A stretch of DNA of 64,000 nucleotides. It comes from Octopus sinensis. Lineage: Eukaryota. The stretch spans positions 5,642,001 through 5,706,000 of the forward strand of contig NC_043010.1 of the NCBI RefSeq assembly GCF_006345805.1, written 5' to 3'. Shown here one piece after another: positions 36,981 to 50,647 of the stretch (the first letter of the stretch is position 1; the number at the start of each line of letters is the position of its first letter). A program made the position numbers and the translations under genes. The notes beneath the pieces are model-generated. The model was not told where the DNA came from. It ran no database searches and was given only the letters and a program-made list of their open reading frames with translations.

Positions 36981-37078
36981 GTTGAACGAATCTTACTTAG
37001 TGGAGCTGCTATTTTTCTGATCTTAGACATTACATATAAGTTATGGCTGCTGCCCTACTTTTTCTTTTTTTTTTAATC

Positions 37079-37246
37079 TGCGGCTGTGTGGTAAGTAGCT
37101 TGCTTACCAACCACATGGTTCTGGATTCAGTCCCACTGCGTGGCACCTTGGGCAAGTGTCTTCTACTATAGCCTCGGGCCGACCAAAGCCTTGTGTGGAT
37201 TTGGTAGACGGAAACTAAAAGAAGCCTGTCGTATTATATATTATTA

Positions 37247-37277
<31 letters not shown>

Positions 37278-37500
37278 ATATGCGTGTCTGTGTTTGTTCC
37301 CCTAGCATTGCTTGACAACCGATGCTGGTGTGTTTATGTCCCCGTAACTTAGCGGTTCGGCAAAAGAGACCAAGAGAATAAGTACTGGGCTTACAAAAGA
37401 AAAGTCCCAGGGTCGAGCTGCTCGATTAAAGGTGGTGCTCCAGCATGGCACAGTCAAATGATTGAAACAAGTAAAAGAGAGAAAAAGAGAAAAGAGAGAA
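37079..37500 (+). mobile_element. SINE group B
   Basis: Colinear with the other B copies. Confidence 0.88.
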
Positions 37501-37559
37501 AAAATATACCCATGCTAACATGCAGACTTAATATGATGATGATGGTGGTCATGGCATCT

Positions 37560-37581
37560 ATGTTTCATCATCATCATCACC

Positions 37582-37632
<51 letters not shown>

Positions 37633-37645
37633 GTCATCATCATCG
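37560..37645. repeat. (CAT)n microsatellite
   Basis: Directly visible. Confidence 0.95.
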
Positions 37646-38588
37646 TTGTTCATGCCACTTTATGTCCTTGCTTTTACCTTTCATCTTTCTTTCTGAGGTT
37701 GATTTTAATCAACTCCACAACTCCACAACTATGGATAATATCCTTGTGCCTCTAGCAGAATTCAATATTTCTTAATGATTACATAACTTAAGAGTGAAAT
37801 ACAAAAATATAAACACAGAAATATATATTCAATTAAATCCTGCCAAATGTGAGCTGAGCAAAATCAATGGATCAATTTACTTCAATTTCAAATCTAATCT
37901 ATTTGTTATTTGTAAAGATTACTATAACTAACCACATATTACCTGCCTAAGAATCAATTATATATATCTTATCTACAAATAAATTAAAGTTTGCACTCTA
38001 AGTTTGCATTGATTTTCAATGAATATTCATTCCATACCCCACCACACCCAGCACAATAAATATTTCTTAATCAAAACTAATAAATATTGTGTCATGCATT
38101 AATGTAAAATGTATTTATGTAAGATAAATTGGTTCCAATGGAGAAGTGTTTTCCATGTGGAGCCATATTCCAAATGGAATGTACGTTCTTCTGTCAGACT
38201 TGCTCAAGGCACTGTCTTCATAGCCAAGTCCTCCCCAGGAGTTTCAAATTTCAAATTAGTTCAAGTTGCAGCCATTCTGGCAATACAGCTTGAATTGTGG
38301 CATTGAACTTCGTATTTATGCAAGTACAAGAACAACATGTATACATGTGTGTGTGTGTGTGTGTGTGTGTTCATTATGTGCAGCAGAAGCAATATTAGTT
38401 TAAAATAGCAATCTGTATAATACTTGATGCAGATATGTTATGAGCAACAGAATCCCTCACTTCTTTCATAAGCAAGACAACTGTAATAAGATTTACACAA
38501 AAGGAATCCAGCAGGGCATCTAAGCATCATTATAGATCCCAAGGCAAAGCATCTCCCAGAGACCTTTACATACAGAACCACAACATGC

Positions 38589-38627
<39 letters not shown>

Positions 38628-38631
<4 letters not shown>

Positions 38632-39440
38632 CAATTTAGGAATGGCCTAAACAGGCCATTCGTCCACCAGAAAGAGCAGCCAGAACTCCAACCGCCAAGT
38701 AGTGTAATTCGGAAATAAGGTGAAAATTTAAAAACATTTACCCTAATTCATCTTTTATACGATGCATCGTTTCAGTGTCTTTAATGATAGACCAGCTTAA
38801 TTAAATTAAATTAAGCTAGTCTACCATAGGTCACACTTCATCAGTAAAGAAACCTGGGAGAGACGGATATACACGAGGCGACTGTATCAATGCCTCGGGA
38901 ATATCTGTCTTAAAATTTTCAAGACCAACGCATTCGCGCCAAACTTATCGGCAGCAAATATAAACTGCCGATTCAATCTCAGAATTAGTCAGAAAATTAT
39001 CAATTAATCAATTTAGGGTAGCAAAAAATTCAGTAAAAATTTATCGCTACCAGCGGCCTGGTGGAAAAGAGAAATAGTCACGACTAAATATGCATAAAAT
39101 AACAATTTAGGAATGGCCTAAACAGGCCATTCGTCCACCAGAAAGAGCAGCCAGAACTCCAACCGCCAAGTAGTGTAATTCGGAAATAAGGTGAAAATTT
39201 AAAAACATGCATCGTATAAAAGATGAATTAGGGTAAATGTTTTTAAATTTTCACCTTATTTCCGAATTACACTACTTGGCGGTTGGAGTTCTGGCTGCTC
39301 TTTCTGGTGGACGAATGGCCTGTTTAGGCCATTCCTAAATTGTTATATTTATGCATATTTAGTCGTTGACTATTTTCTCTTTTCCACCAGGCCGCTGGTA
39401 GCGATAAATTTTTACTGAATTTTTTGCTACCCTAAATTGA

Positions 39441-39446
<6 letters not shown>
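38628..39446 (-). mobile_element. Hammerhead-bearing element with direct and inverted repeats, inserted in (TA)n
   Basis: 110-bp direct repeat 38628-38737 / 39099-39208 (period 471), inverted segment 39207-39446, TA arrays on both sides, no ORF. Confidence 0.8.
38751..38850 (-). ncRNA. Type I hammerhead ribozyme motif
   Basis: UCUUUA / CUGAUGA (38844-38838) / 64-nt stem II (AGUGU:ACACU plus a 19-bp helix with two G-U pairs) / GAAAC GAUGCAUC GUA / UAAAAGA; predicted cleavage between 38758 and 38757. Confidence 0.85.
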
Positions 39447-39481
<35 letters not shown>

Positions 39482-39624
39482 GATATAGATATAGATATAT
39501 TGAGTACACAATATAATTGCTTCTCAGATGTGCGTTGTACTTTTTTGCTTAGAACAGTGCTTCTGATGTCTTTTGATTTCTAAAAATTAAATTGCAGGAA
39601 ATTTGTTGTCCTCGTGGTTATTGC

Positions 39625-39893
39625 CAGTGCCACTGGAACTGGCTCCTATGCAGGTGGCACATAAAAAATACCATTTGAGCATGGCCAACGGCAGTACCGC
39701 CTGACAGGCCCTCATGCCGGTAGCACATAAAAGCACCCACTACACTCTGAGTGGTTGGCGTTAGGAAGGGCATCCAGCTGTAGAAACTCTGCCAGATCAG
39801 ATTGAAGCTGGTGCAGCCATCTGGCTCATCAGTCATCAGTTAAACCGTCCAACCCATGCCAGCATTGAAAGCAGACATTAAACGATGAACGAT
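39625..39893 (+). mobile_element. RTE-type retroposon 3' end (family D)
   Basis: GGTTGGCGTTAGGAAGGGCATCCAGC...AACCGTCCAACCCATGC...GATGAT. Confidence 0.75.
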
Positions 39894-39895
39894 GA

Positions 39896-39929
<34 letters not shown>

Positions 39930-40586
39930 CATATACACACGTATATATATATACATATATGTATATATGTAAGTATGTATGTATTTAGACACACTCACAC
40001 ACACGTATGCCCACTATTAATAATTAGGTATGTTTCTGATGTAAAACTTTTAACAAGTCATCATATGGAACAGCTGTGAACTGAGACACCCAAGAAACAT
40101 TGTAATATCTTCTTTTTAATGAAATCACAAATTGCGTCTGAATTGTCTGTAATGAAACAAAGGGAATCCCACGGGCGTACTAGATGGCCAGTTGATAAGA
40201 GTTAAGTTTTCTTCTTGGCAGGAATTGACAACATACACAAGACTGAAGTGCTTAAAGATGTTTTGGTAGAAAGTAAATAATTAAAGTTAACTCTTGATCA
40301 AGACACTTGATGGAATAGGAGGCTATTTTCCTTCACCAAAAAAGTAGGGTTTTTTCAGAGTGATTCTGCCTGAATTTGATGTTTATAAGGATATATGATT
40401 GATAGCCACCTTTTTTTTTCTTTAGCAGAATGAGATAATTTGGTGCAGTTGTTTGGATGCAGACAATTAGACATCTCTGAATTAAAATCATGTATTATCT
40501 CATAGATTTGAGATTTTGATAATATGATTTTTTTTTTATTTTATAATGACATAGCAAGTTAGGTGTAAGAGGCTAGATTTGTCTGA

Positions 40587-40990
40587 TCATCATCATCATC
40601 ATTTAGCGTCCGCTTTCCATGCTAGCATGGGTTGGATGGTTCAACTGGGGTCTGGGAAGCCAGAAGGCTGCATCAACCCCAGTCTGATCTGGCAGTGTTT
40701 CTATGGCTGGATGCCCTTCCTAACGCCAACCACTCCGTGAGTGTAGTGGGTGCTTTTTACGTGCCACCCGCACAGGTGCCAGACGGGGCTGGCAAACGGC
40801 CACGGACGGATGATGCTTTTTACGTGCCACCGGCACAGAGGCCAGGCGAGGCTGGCAATGGCCACGATTAGATGGTGTTTTTTACGTGCCACCGGCACGG
40901 AGGCCGGTCGGGGCGGCGCTGGCAACGGATGTTTTACTTACTTGTCACTGGCACTGGTTTCACAGCTGCAATTTCCATTGATGTTGATCG
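40587..40990 (-). mobile_element. RTE-type retroposon 3' end (family D) with short internal tandem units
   Basis: (GAT)n tail; TTTTACGTGCCACC.GCAC repeated three times. Confidence 0.75.
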
Positions 40991-41516
40991 ACTTCGATTC
41001 TGGTTCTGCTTTCTGATATCTGATTTGATTTGATTTGCATAAAACAGGTGGAATATTTGGGCTGGATATGGCTGGTTTAAATGGTAATGGATTAATGATA
41101 CGTCAGTTTTAAAGAAATTCGATTCCTGAGAATACCTCCCTATCATTTGGAATTGGTACCAGTTGCCACCAAGTGATTGTCCTACTTCCTCTTGAAGCAG
41201 CAATAATTTCAGCAAAATCAAGAATTTATTTTGCATCTTATTTTTGTACAGCTTGATTTGTCTTTGTTGTTCAAACATATGCCACTATCTTTATCTACTA
41301 AATAATTACACACTTGTCATAAAAACCGACGAGGTTAATAAGTGCAGATTTGAGTAATTATACCTTCAGAGAATGATGTAAATTACATTTGACAAGACTT
41401 TAGAATGCACAGCTGAAACTGAGAAATAAAGAGTGCTTTTTAGATAAGTATTTGACTCGGGCACATTTAATGCATATTTTCCTTTACTTCCTTTTTTCTC
41501 TCCTTTTTTATGATCC

Positions 41517-41914
41517 ACTAGCAGTATCGCCCGGCGTTGCTCGGGTTTGTAAGGGAAATAACTGTATAAGCATTTTCAGAGATGTAAAGTATAATAGCCA
41601 TCTCAATATGGCTAACCACAAAGGTGGGGTGTTACTGTAGCTTTTTACGTTCTGAGATTTAATAATAAATTTTTTGAGAGTTACTTCCCTTATATATGCC
41701 AAAAATGCATTAAAAATGGGAAAAATTGATGGTAAATTTTTTTTTAAATCGTAGACTCATCGTAGACGCGCACTAATACCCAGAAGGGCTCGATATGAAT
41801 GACGACTATAAGATACCCGCTTTTGGTTAAACTGCACCGCAAAATGTGGGAGTAGTTAGGAATCTAAATTGTAGGAGACAGACAGCACACAACCTCACTT
41901 TTATATATAAAGAT
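41517..41914 (+). mobile_element. Non-autonomous Helitron/Helentron-like element
   Basis: Starts ACTAGCAG with hairpin CCCGGCGTTGCTCGGG; ends ACAGACAG...CACTTTTATATATAAAGAT, as in HINE/DINE-1-like elements. Confidence 0.6.
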
Positions 41915-42064
41915 TTTCAGCATCACCATCTTCATCAGTGGTTCTCAATAATTTTTTTTACCTATAAACCACTTTGATTCCTATTTTACTCAACTAGATC
42001 TGCCATAGCCATTGAGTGTTTAAATAAAATCCTTATAATTCTTATAATTGAATATTATTAGAAA

Positions 42065-42466
42065 TTACTCTTTTACTCTTTTACTTGTTTCAGTCATTTG
42101 ACTGTGACCATGCTGGAGCACCGCCTTTAGTCGAGCAAATCGACTCCAGGCTTTATTTTTTGTAAGCCTAGTACTTATTCTATGGGTCTCTTTTTGCCGA
42201 ACTGCTAAGTTACGGGGGACGTGAACACACCAGCATCGGTTGTCAAGTGATGTTGGGGGGACAAACACAGACACACAAAGATATACACACACTCATATAT
42301 ATATATACATACATACGACAAGCTTCTTTCAGTTTCCGTCTACCAAATCCACTCACAAGGCTTTGGTTGGCCCGAGGCTATAGTAGAAGACACTTGCCCA
42401 GTGTGACTGAACCTGGAACCATGTGGTTGGTAAGCAAGCTACTTACCACACAGCCACTCCTACGCC
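42065..42466 (-). mobile_element. SINE group B, full length
   Basis: Colinear with the other B copies. Confidence 0.9.
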
Positions 42467-42913
42467 TGTCGTATTAAAAAATTAAAATATTTTGTGTATT
42501 GAAGAAGTATACCCAATTTAACGCACATAAATCTTAACAACAAAATCGCATATGGACCCTAGTTCAAAGCCAATTGTAACAATTCACTTTTATACAATTT
42601 GAAAAGAATTTGATAATGATCTGTGTTAGCAATAATTGGTTCATAGGAAAGTTCTTAGAAGGTTTTGATATGTTCAGTTGATTTGATGAGTAAAGTATCT
42701 AACATTTTTGGATCGTGCCCTGAGTCTTGGAGTAATGAAGACAGAGAGAAGGTGTTTACATTTTGATCATAGGGCAACTATGTATCAAGGTATACATTGT
42801 CCAATGCATCCTCCTTTATTTAAGATGGTAGGGAGTGACTGCAGAGAGATATGGATGTTACCATGCCCTTCATCTGGGAAAGGAGAATATTGATTGCATA
42901 TATATATATATAT

Positions 42914-43190
42914 CATCATCTTCATCATCATCACTTAGCGTCCGCTTTCCATGCTAGCATTGTTTGGACGGTTCAACTTGTTTGGACGGTCTGGGAAGCC
43001 AGAAGGCTGCACCAGGCCCAGTCTGATCTGGCAATGATTCTACGGCTGGATGCCCTTCCTAATGCCAACCACTCCATGAGTGTAGTGGGTGCTTTTTACG
43101 TGCTACCGGCACAGGTGCCAAACGGGGCTGGCAAACGGCCACAGTCGAATGGTGCTTTTCACGTGCCACCGGCACAGGGGCCAGGTGAGG
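42914..43190 (-). mobile_element. RTE-type retroposon 3' end (family D)
   Basis: Close match to the 40587 copy. Confidence 0.75.
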
Positions 43191-43234
43191 CTATTTATAT
43201 ATGTATGTATGTATGTATGTATACATATGCATGT

Positions 43235-43268
<34 letters not shown>

Positions 43269-43744
43269 CTCAGGGTGTATATCATCTAACAAAATTTTCT
43301 TTAATTAAGATAGCAGGATGTTACTTCAAAGAAATTTGGTTGCTTTTTCTAGCAAATTAAACAACCAGGGAGAAGCTCCCACTTTCTTTTCAGTGGTTGA
43401 TTTTGGTGTCTTGTAATAATGTAGCATATGGGGCACCATACCAAGAAAATTTGTTTACATTAATGCTGTGTTTGGCAGACTCTGAAGAATCTCACATGAT
43501 GGATTAAATATAGAGCTTTAAGCCCCACTAAATAGTTTACAGCCATAGCCTTTGTCAGCTAAATAATTTAGTAGCCTTGTATTTGGTTATATCTACTTAT
43601 CTCTTAGTGTTTTAAATCAACTTAGTGTTCGGAGTTTATCTTTTATGTTACAAAATTAAAGAAAATATTGAGTTAAATGAAATAAAACTTTGAATTAGTA
43701 AGGTTAAATAATCATGCTTTCTTACAATAATACATATACATTTA

Positions 43745-43807
43745 TCATCATCATCATCATCATCACTTCCATCATCATCATCATCATCATCATCGTCGTC
43801 GTCGTCG

Positions 43808-43882
<75 letters not shown>

Positions 43883-43905
43883 CCATCATCATTGTCGTCA
43901 TCATT
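43745..43905. repeat. (CAT)n/(CGT)n microsatellite
   Basis: Directly visible. Confidence 0.95.
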
Positions 43906-44874
43906 ATTAGTGTTATTTTTGGCTTTTTATGTTGCTTTTACAGATTAAATAGAAATTGTATGTATTTTGCTGAAATAGAATGGAAATCCTCTCATAAACA
44001 AAATAATCCTATCACCATTTCTATAATAAAGAAATACAGAAAAACGTTTTATATAATTTAATAAAATTCTTCACATTTTCAAACTTCTTGAAATCAAAGA
44101 AACCAATATAATCTTAGAAGAATTTTATTTGCAAACACAGTTAAAGATTGTTGTTGTTGTTGTTGTTGTTTCCTTCAATTACATTTGAAACAAGATAAGA
44201 TTTGATTTTTTGATTATTTCTATTAAATTCTGTCAATCAGCTTAAAGGGATATTTAAAAATATATATTGTAACTTTAAGCACAATTTTTCTCTTCTTTAT
44301 TTTCTTTTTAAAATCAGAGAGATATTTTTCATTGAAACAAATGTTGTATATCTCAACAAACATCATAAAACTAATTATTTAAGTGTGACAATAAGGAAAG
44401 TAGATATGATTTTGTATTTTCCACTTGCCATCATCCATATCCTAAATGGTGTTGACAGTCACAAGTTTTCCACACAAACCTAATGATGTGGAACTGATAG
44501 TGTTTATTTCCACCCACCAGCAGCAGTATCCTTAACAGAACTTAAAACAACACAGCTGTAGCTGAAAATCTATGGAAGTAGACAGCAGTATCATATAACT
44601 ACACACACACACACACAGAGGGAAAATAATTCACTTGAAGAATTGAAGTTTCTTACAGTTAGAGGCTTTATGCAGTTTAGATTCTTGTTTTCTAAAGTAT
44701 AAAATATTGTTCAAAATCCAATTAAATGTTATGGGATATAAATTGAATATTATTGTGTGCATGTGTATATGCATGCACACATGCGTGCACACACACGCAT
44801 GAAAATATGTATATGTATATATATACACACATGTACACACACACACACAGATATTATATATATATATATATTAG

Positions 44875-44938
<64 letters not shown>

Positions 44939-44964
44939 GGATGGATGGATAGATAGATAGATAA

Positions 44965-45061
<97 letters not shown>

Positions 45062-45075
45062 AAGATTGATAGATA

Positions 45076-45117
<42 letters not shown>

Positions 45118-45118
45118 T
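44875..45118. repeat. (GATA)n microsatellite
   Basis: Directly visible. Confidence 0.97.
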
Positions 45119-45733
45119 CTTTTAGTCTATGCATATATAAACTGAGTAACATATAGACTGAGGGAATCCTCAGTTTACATGTTACTCAGTTTGCACAGTT
45201 TCATTTTAGTACAGTTTGATTTTGATAATGTTTTTATTTTACATAAATAAAAATCCCACTTCATCATTTCCAATTCGGTTTTTGCATTTTCCTTTTGTTC
45301 CATTTCTTTGATAGTGAAGTAGTCACCGTCTCTAAGTTACAGTTACTTTTTATATTCTGTTAAATATTTTCGAGATTGAATAACAGTTTCAAATGTCAAA
45401 AAGCTTGATTTTTTTCAGGAAATGAAAAGTGTGAGTGTGTGTGAGAGTGAGTGTATGTGTGTGGCGGGAGGGGGTGGGGTGTATTAAAAATTTTGCACAG
45501 AAAGGTGACAAAGGAACACACAAAATGTGGACAAACTTGTTCCTTATCAGTTATTGATCAAAAATCATCACAATCATGAGACATTATCAATAAGATTGTT
45601 CAGTTTGGTGGGGCAGTAACAGCAAAAACCTACTTGGATGAGTGAGAACATAAAGGACTGTGATGAAAGCAAGCAAAATATAAATGATGACAGAATAAGG
45701 ACAAGGCATAAAGGAAAAATGATGCAGGTAGAT

Positions 45734-45734
<1 letters not shown>

Positions 45735-45802
<68 letters not shown>

Positions 45803-45831
45803 TAATATATATATATATATACATACTATAT

Positions 45832-45876
<45 letters not shown>

Positions 45877-45880
45877 TAAT
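45735..45880. repeat. (TA)n microsatellite
   Basis: Directly visible. Confidence 0.95.
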
Positions 45881-46618
45881 AAGGTTAACCAAACGGGAAA
45901 ACAGAAAAACAACCAAAACAATGGAAACAATTACAGTATTAGTATTATTAGGCGCTCAGGAAAATGGAAGAAGGAGGGTGGTATATATATATATATACAT
46001 ATATATATACATATACATATACATATACATATATATATACATATATATATGTAATTGATGGCATTTTTATATATATGATGTAGCCATCTGTGCATCATGC
46101 TTGAATGTAAATACATTGTGAAAATGCAAATAATCTGTGGTATTTGCTCAGATATAATATCTCCTACGGATATGCTGTATTTAAAAACACAAACTACTTT
46201 GGTAGCAGATGAAATTAATATATTTTATAAAATGGAAATCGCTGAATTGAAAATATGAAACAGCTTAATATCAATGAAGCAAGTGTTTGAACAGATGAAA
46301 GTTTGGGAGAAAAAAACAGAACCAATAAAAATAATTGTCGGGCCTTTGTAAAGTTTTAAATATCCAGCATACATTTGTAGTAACAATATGGAAACAAGGA
46401 AAGAACCTCAATCATTTTGGATGGAAAATAAATCCTAATACTATCACAGTATACCCCTACACACACAGCCACACACGCATTATATATATATATATATATA
46501 TGAATTAGAGAAGAACCACCTTTTAACTATTCAACAATGAAATTATATTATATATTGTGAAATTTGATTTAGTATTACTAAATTGAATTTTTCCCTGTAA
46601 GTTTGGAATAATATTCCC

Positions 46619-46655
<37 letters not shown>

Positions 46656-46664
46656 TATATATAT

Positions 46665-47075
46665 GGCGCAGAAGTGGCTGTGTGGTAAGTAGCTTGTTTA
46701 CCAACCACATGGTTCCGGGTTCAGTCCCACTGCATGGCACCTTGGGCAAGTGTCTTCTACTATAGCCTTGGATTGACCAAAGCCTTGTAATTGGATTTGG
46801 TAGACGGAAACTGAAAGAAGCCCGTCGTATATATATATATGTATATATATATATGCGTGTGTATGTTTGTGTGTCTGTGTTTGTCCCCCCTAGCATTGCT
46901 TGACAACCGATGCTGGTGTGTTTATGTCCCCGTTACTTAGCGGTTCGGCAAAAGAGACCGATAGAATAAGTACTGGACTTACAAAAGAATAAGTCCCGGG
47001 GTCGAGTTGTTCGATTAAAGGCGGTGCTCCAGCATGGCCGCAGTCAAATGACTGAAACAAGTAAAAGAGAGTAAA

Positions 47076-47080
<5 letters not shown>
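46665..47080 (+). mobile_element. SINE group B, full length
   Basis: Colinear with the other B copies. Confidence 0.9.
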
Positions 47081-47125
<45 letters not shown>

Positions 47126-47314
47126 GTCCCTCCCCACAGTTTACAATATAGATTGTTCTAACAAATCACAGAGCAAATCAAAATCATATAGACTTAGGGA
47201 AATACAACCAGTTTTAGCTGTCAGCTGGTCAAAAATGCCTGATGAAATGGTTTGGTTATGTAATTCTTATTATGGAATTTTATATAATGTAACATAGTTA
47301 TAAACACATAGAAT

Positions 47315-47505
47315 AAATGAGCTGTACCTGTAATTCAATGGGTCAGCTGTGTCACATTCTATGTCACACTAAATCTCCCTGAGAACTATGTTAATGGTTT
47401 ACATGTCTGTGGTGTACTCAGCTACTTGTACACTAATGTCAAAAACAGACTGTTCCATTGAGTGAATCAACTGGAACCCTCATCATCGTAACCAACAGAG
47501 TGCCA
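47315..47505 (+). mobile_element. Old A2-type SINE tail
   Basis: CTATGTCACACTAAATCTCCCTGAGAACTATGTT...GGAACCCTCATCATCGTAACC. Confidence 0.7.
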
Positions 47506-47514
47506 GATTTTGTG

Positions 47515-47890
47515 TGTGTATCTTTTATCCTTTATTTATTGCAGTCTTTCAACTGCTTGGGCATGCCCTTAATGGGTTTTTATCAACCAATTGACCCTAA
47601 TACTTACTTTTCAGCTTGGTACTTATTCTATAAGTCTTTCTTTTTACCAAACTCCTTTCACTTAAAGGTCATAAGCAAACTAACACCAGTCGTCAAACAG
47701 TATCAGGGGAACAAACACAAATACAATTATACACACACACACACATATATATATATACACACACAATAGGCTTCGTTTATTTTGCATCAAACAAACCCAC
47801 TCACAAGATTTTAGTTAACCTGTGACTTATATTAGAAGACACTTGCCCAAGGTGCCATGCAGTGGGACTGAACCCAAGATCATGTGGTTC
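47515..47890 (-). mobile_element. Old SINE B-like copy
   Basis: Degenerate match. Confidence 0.65.
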
Positions 47891-48296
47891 GGAACATATG
47901 ACATACATACATGCACACAATTATTCATATACATGCGTATATACATACACTCACACACAAGTGTATGTGTGCGTGTGTAATTAATGTCATATGTTCACAT
48001 AACTTATCAGATTATCGGATGTTGTTTCACATCACTGGTCACAATGTGCTTTGCATCACTTTGGTCTTTGAATGATATAATCCTACTGGCTAGGCAAGTA
48101 GGCCAACGCTCCTCACTGAATGAAAGGGAGACTGGAGCAATGTGAAACCAAGTGTTTTGCTTAAGAGCAGAATACACTGCCCGGTCTGGGAATTGAACTC
48201 ATAATTTAGCAACTGTGAGTGCAACAGCCTAACCACTCAGCCATGTATTCTTCCAAATTATTTGACTCAGCACTGTATATATTTCCTAATCCTATA

Positions 48297-48461
48297 GGCG
48301 CAGGAGTGACTGTGTGGTAAGTAGCTTGTTTACCAACCACATGGTTCCGGGTTCAGTCCCACTGCGTGGCACCTTGGGCAAGTATTTTCTACTATGGCCT
48401 AGGGTCGACCAAAGCCTTGTGAGTGGATTTGGTAGACAGAAACTGAAAGAAGCCCGTCGTA

Positions 48462-48504
<43 letters not shown>

Positions 48505-48735
48505 ATATGTTTGTGTGTCTGCGTTTGTCCCCCCAACATCGCTTGACAACCGATGCTGGTGTGTTTATGTCCCCGTAACTTAGCAGTTCGGCAAAAGAGA
48601 CCGATAGAGTAAGTACTAGGCTTACAAAGAATAAGTCCTGGGGTCGATTTGTTCGACTAAAGACGGTGCTCCAGCATGGCCGCAGTCAAAATGACTGAAA
48701 CAAGTAAAAAGTAAAAAAAAAAGTAAAGTAAAAGT
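48297..48735 (+). mobile_element. SINE group B, full length
   Basis: Colinear with the other B copies. Confidence 0.9.
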
Positions 48736-49284
48736 AAAAATGCTAAGTTTCTTTAATCCTCTACTCACTCTGTTAATAGTATACATGTCTGCGGTGTACT
48801 CAGCCACTTGTTTTCACACTATAACTATGACAATAGATTCAGTCATGCTTCATTATTTCCCCTTGACTGCATCCATATTCCTTTGTTTTGAGAAACTCTG
48901 TGGTAATATAACACACCATGCTGTTTATATGCATTCCAAACTTAATCACAGCTTGATGTTGTTTTCATATAACTCCTGGCTTGGAACTTTGCCGAGATTA
49001 CACTCAGTTATGACATAATGCTGTCAACAGTCTGCGAAAGAGTTGAGAATTTTGCAGATCTTGCTTATTGTTTATACAGAGAACCTTTCTCCAGAAAAGA
49101 GATAAGGAAAGAAACAATGATTATTGTATCAGTGGATGAGATTTTAGATGATCTACGAATGTTTTTCTCTTGTCACTTTTTTTAAAAAAAAATAGTGTGT
49201 AAGCAGTGCTCCATCCATCCAGCCATCCACTTCGGTTACTATTAAGAAATAAAACTAATTATCCCTTTACCACTCAACTACTGC

Positions 49285-49745
49285 TGCTGCTGCTCCTCTC
49301 CTCCTCCTCCTCCACATCCTCATCCTCCCCTTCCTCCTCCTCCTCCTCCCCCTCCTCTTCCACATCCTCAACCTCCTGTTCCTCCTCCTCCTCCTCCACA
49401 TCAACCTCCTGTTCCTCCTCCTCCTCCCCCTCCTCTTCCACATCCTCATCCATCTCTTCCTCTTCCTCCTCCTCCTCCTCCTCATCCTCCTCCACATCCT
49501 CATCCATCTCTTCCTCCTCCTCCTCCTCCTCCACATCCTCATCCATCTCTTCCTCCTCCTCCTCCTCCTCCACATCCTCATCCATCTCTTCCTCCCCTCC
49601 TCTTCCTCCTCCTCATCCATCTCTTCCTCCTCCTCCTCCTCCTCCTCCTACTACTACTACTGCTGCAACTGCTACTGCTGCTGCTGTTACTACCACTACC
49701 ACCTTCACTACCACCACTACTGCTGTTGTTGCTGCTGCTGCTTCC
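49285..49745. repeat. Compound (CCT)n then (CTA/CTG/CCA)n trinucleotide array
   Basis: Directly visible; CCACATCCTCATCCATCTCTT recurs four times. Confidence 0.95.
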
Positions 49746-50647
49746 ATCCTTTTTATTTTTGCATTTAGATGCTTTTAGAAAAGCTTTAACCATTCTGCAA
49801 TGGAACATTTAAATGTAGTAGATTTTCAGTTTGGATAGAATACATACCTAAACCATTAGCTCTTGGATGCTGAATCAGTACAAGGAAATTCTGTGGTGCA
49901 ATCCAATTTTTAGCTTCAATACTCATACAAATATAGTCAAAAAATTCCTTAACTTGATCTCACTTCAGATCACCAGAGAACATAGATGTTATAAAACGCT
50001 TAATAGAATTCCTATCACAGTTTCATACTTATATAAGAAATATTTAAAAAATTTCGCTAATTTTTTAAAATTCCATTAAGGCAAAATAGCTGACAATCAA
50101 TAGTAATAGTATCACAAGATTCACTTGTAATTTCATGAATTCTTGTAACAGTCCAATGAAGGGAAATTGTCTAAGCCAGGTATAATTGCATGATAGATCA
50201 TGATAAAAAAATTTACAATGACATCAAATACTTTTAAGACTTGATATTACTTGCACTGGCATACACTAATCAATCAAGAGTTTTTTAATGGTTTTGAGCT
50301 GCAAATGGGAGCCCAAGAACAAAAGTACCAGAAAAGATACGTTTATTAGCTGAGACACATTATGAAATAGTGCAAGGTACCTTATATCTAATGAAAATTA
50401 TTGGTAAACGATCACGGTGAGTGGGGCACTATCAAATAGCATAAAAAACTACAAACATACAGACTACAAAAAAGAAAACCAGATGAAATTAACTGAAAGA
50501 AACCAGCAATAACCTTCATTTACTACTACTGCCATATATGTGAGCCCCATATTTGCACCTTGAATTGATTTTCATACACACTTGGACACTCACTCATGGA
50601 TGACAGCACTAACAGTCATTGTAGGCTAGAACAAATGAATAAGATCT

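Noticed and set aside
38109-38306. 65-aa plus-strand ORF in unique DNA
   Set aside because: No convincing splice sites or recognisable motif on either strand.
40222-40272. Plus-strand 51-nt exon-like segment GIDNIHKTEVLKDVLVE
   Set aside because: Good acceptor but weak GTAAAT donor and no supporting plus-strand partner exons.
40934-41278. 114-aa minus-strand ORF
   Set aside because: Runs into a retroposon, has AT-biased composition and no recognisable domain.
41895-41942. Minus-strand CTGATGA...GAAA near the Helitron-like end
   Set aside because: Stem II is only 2 bp and no stem I pairing forms.
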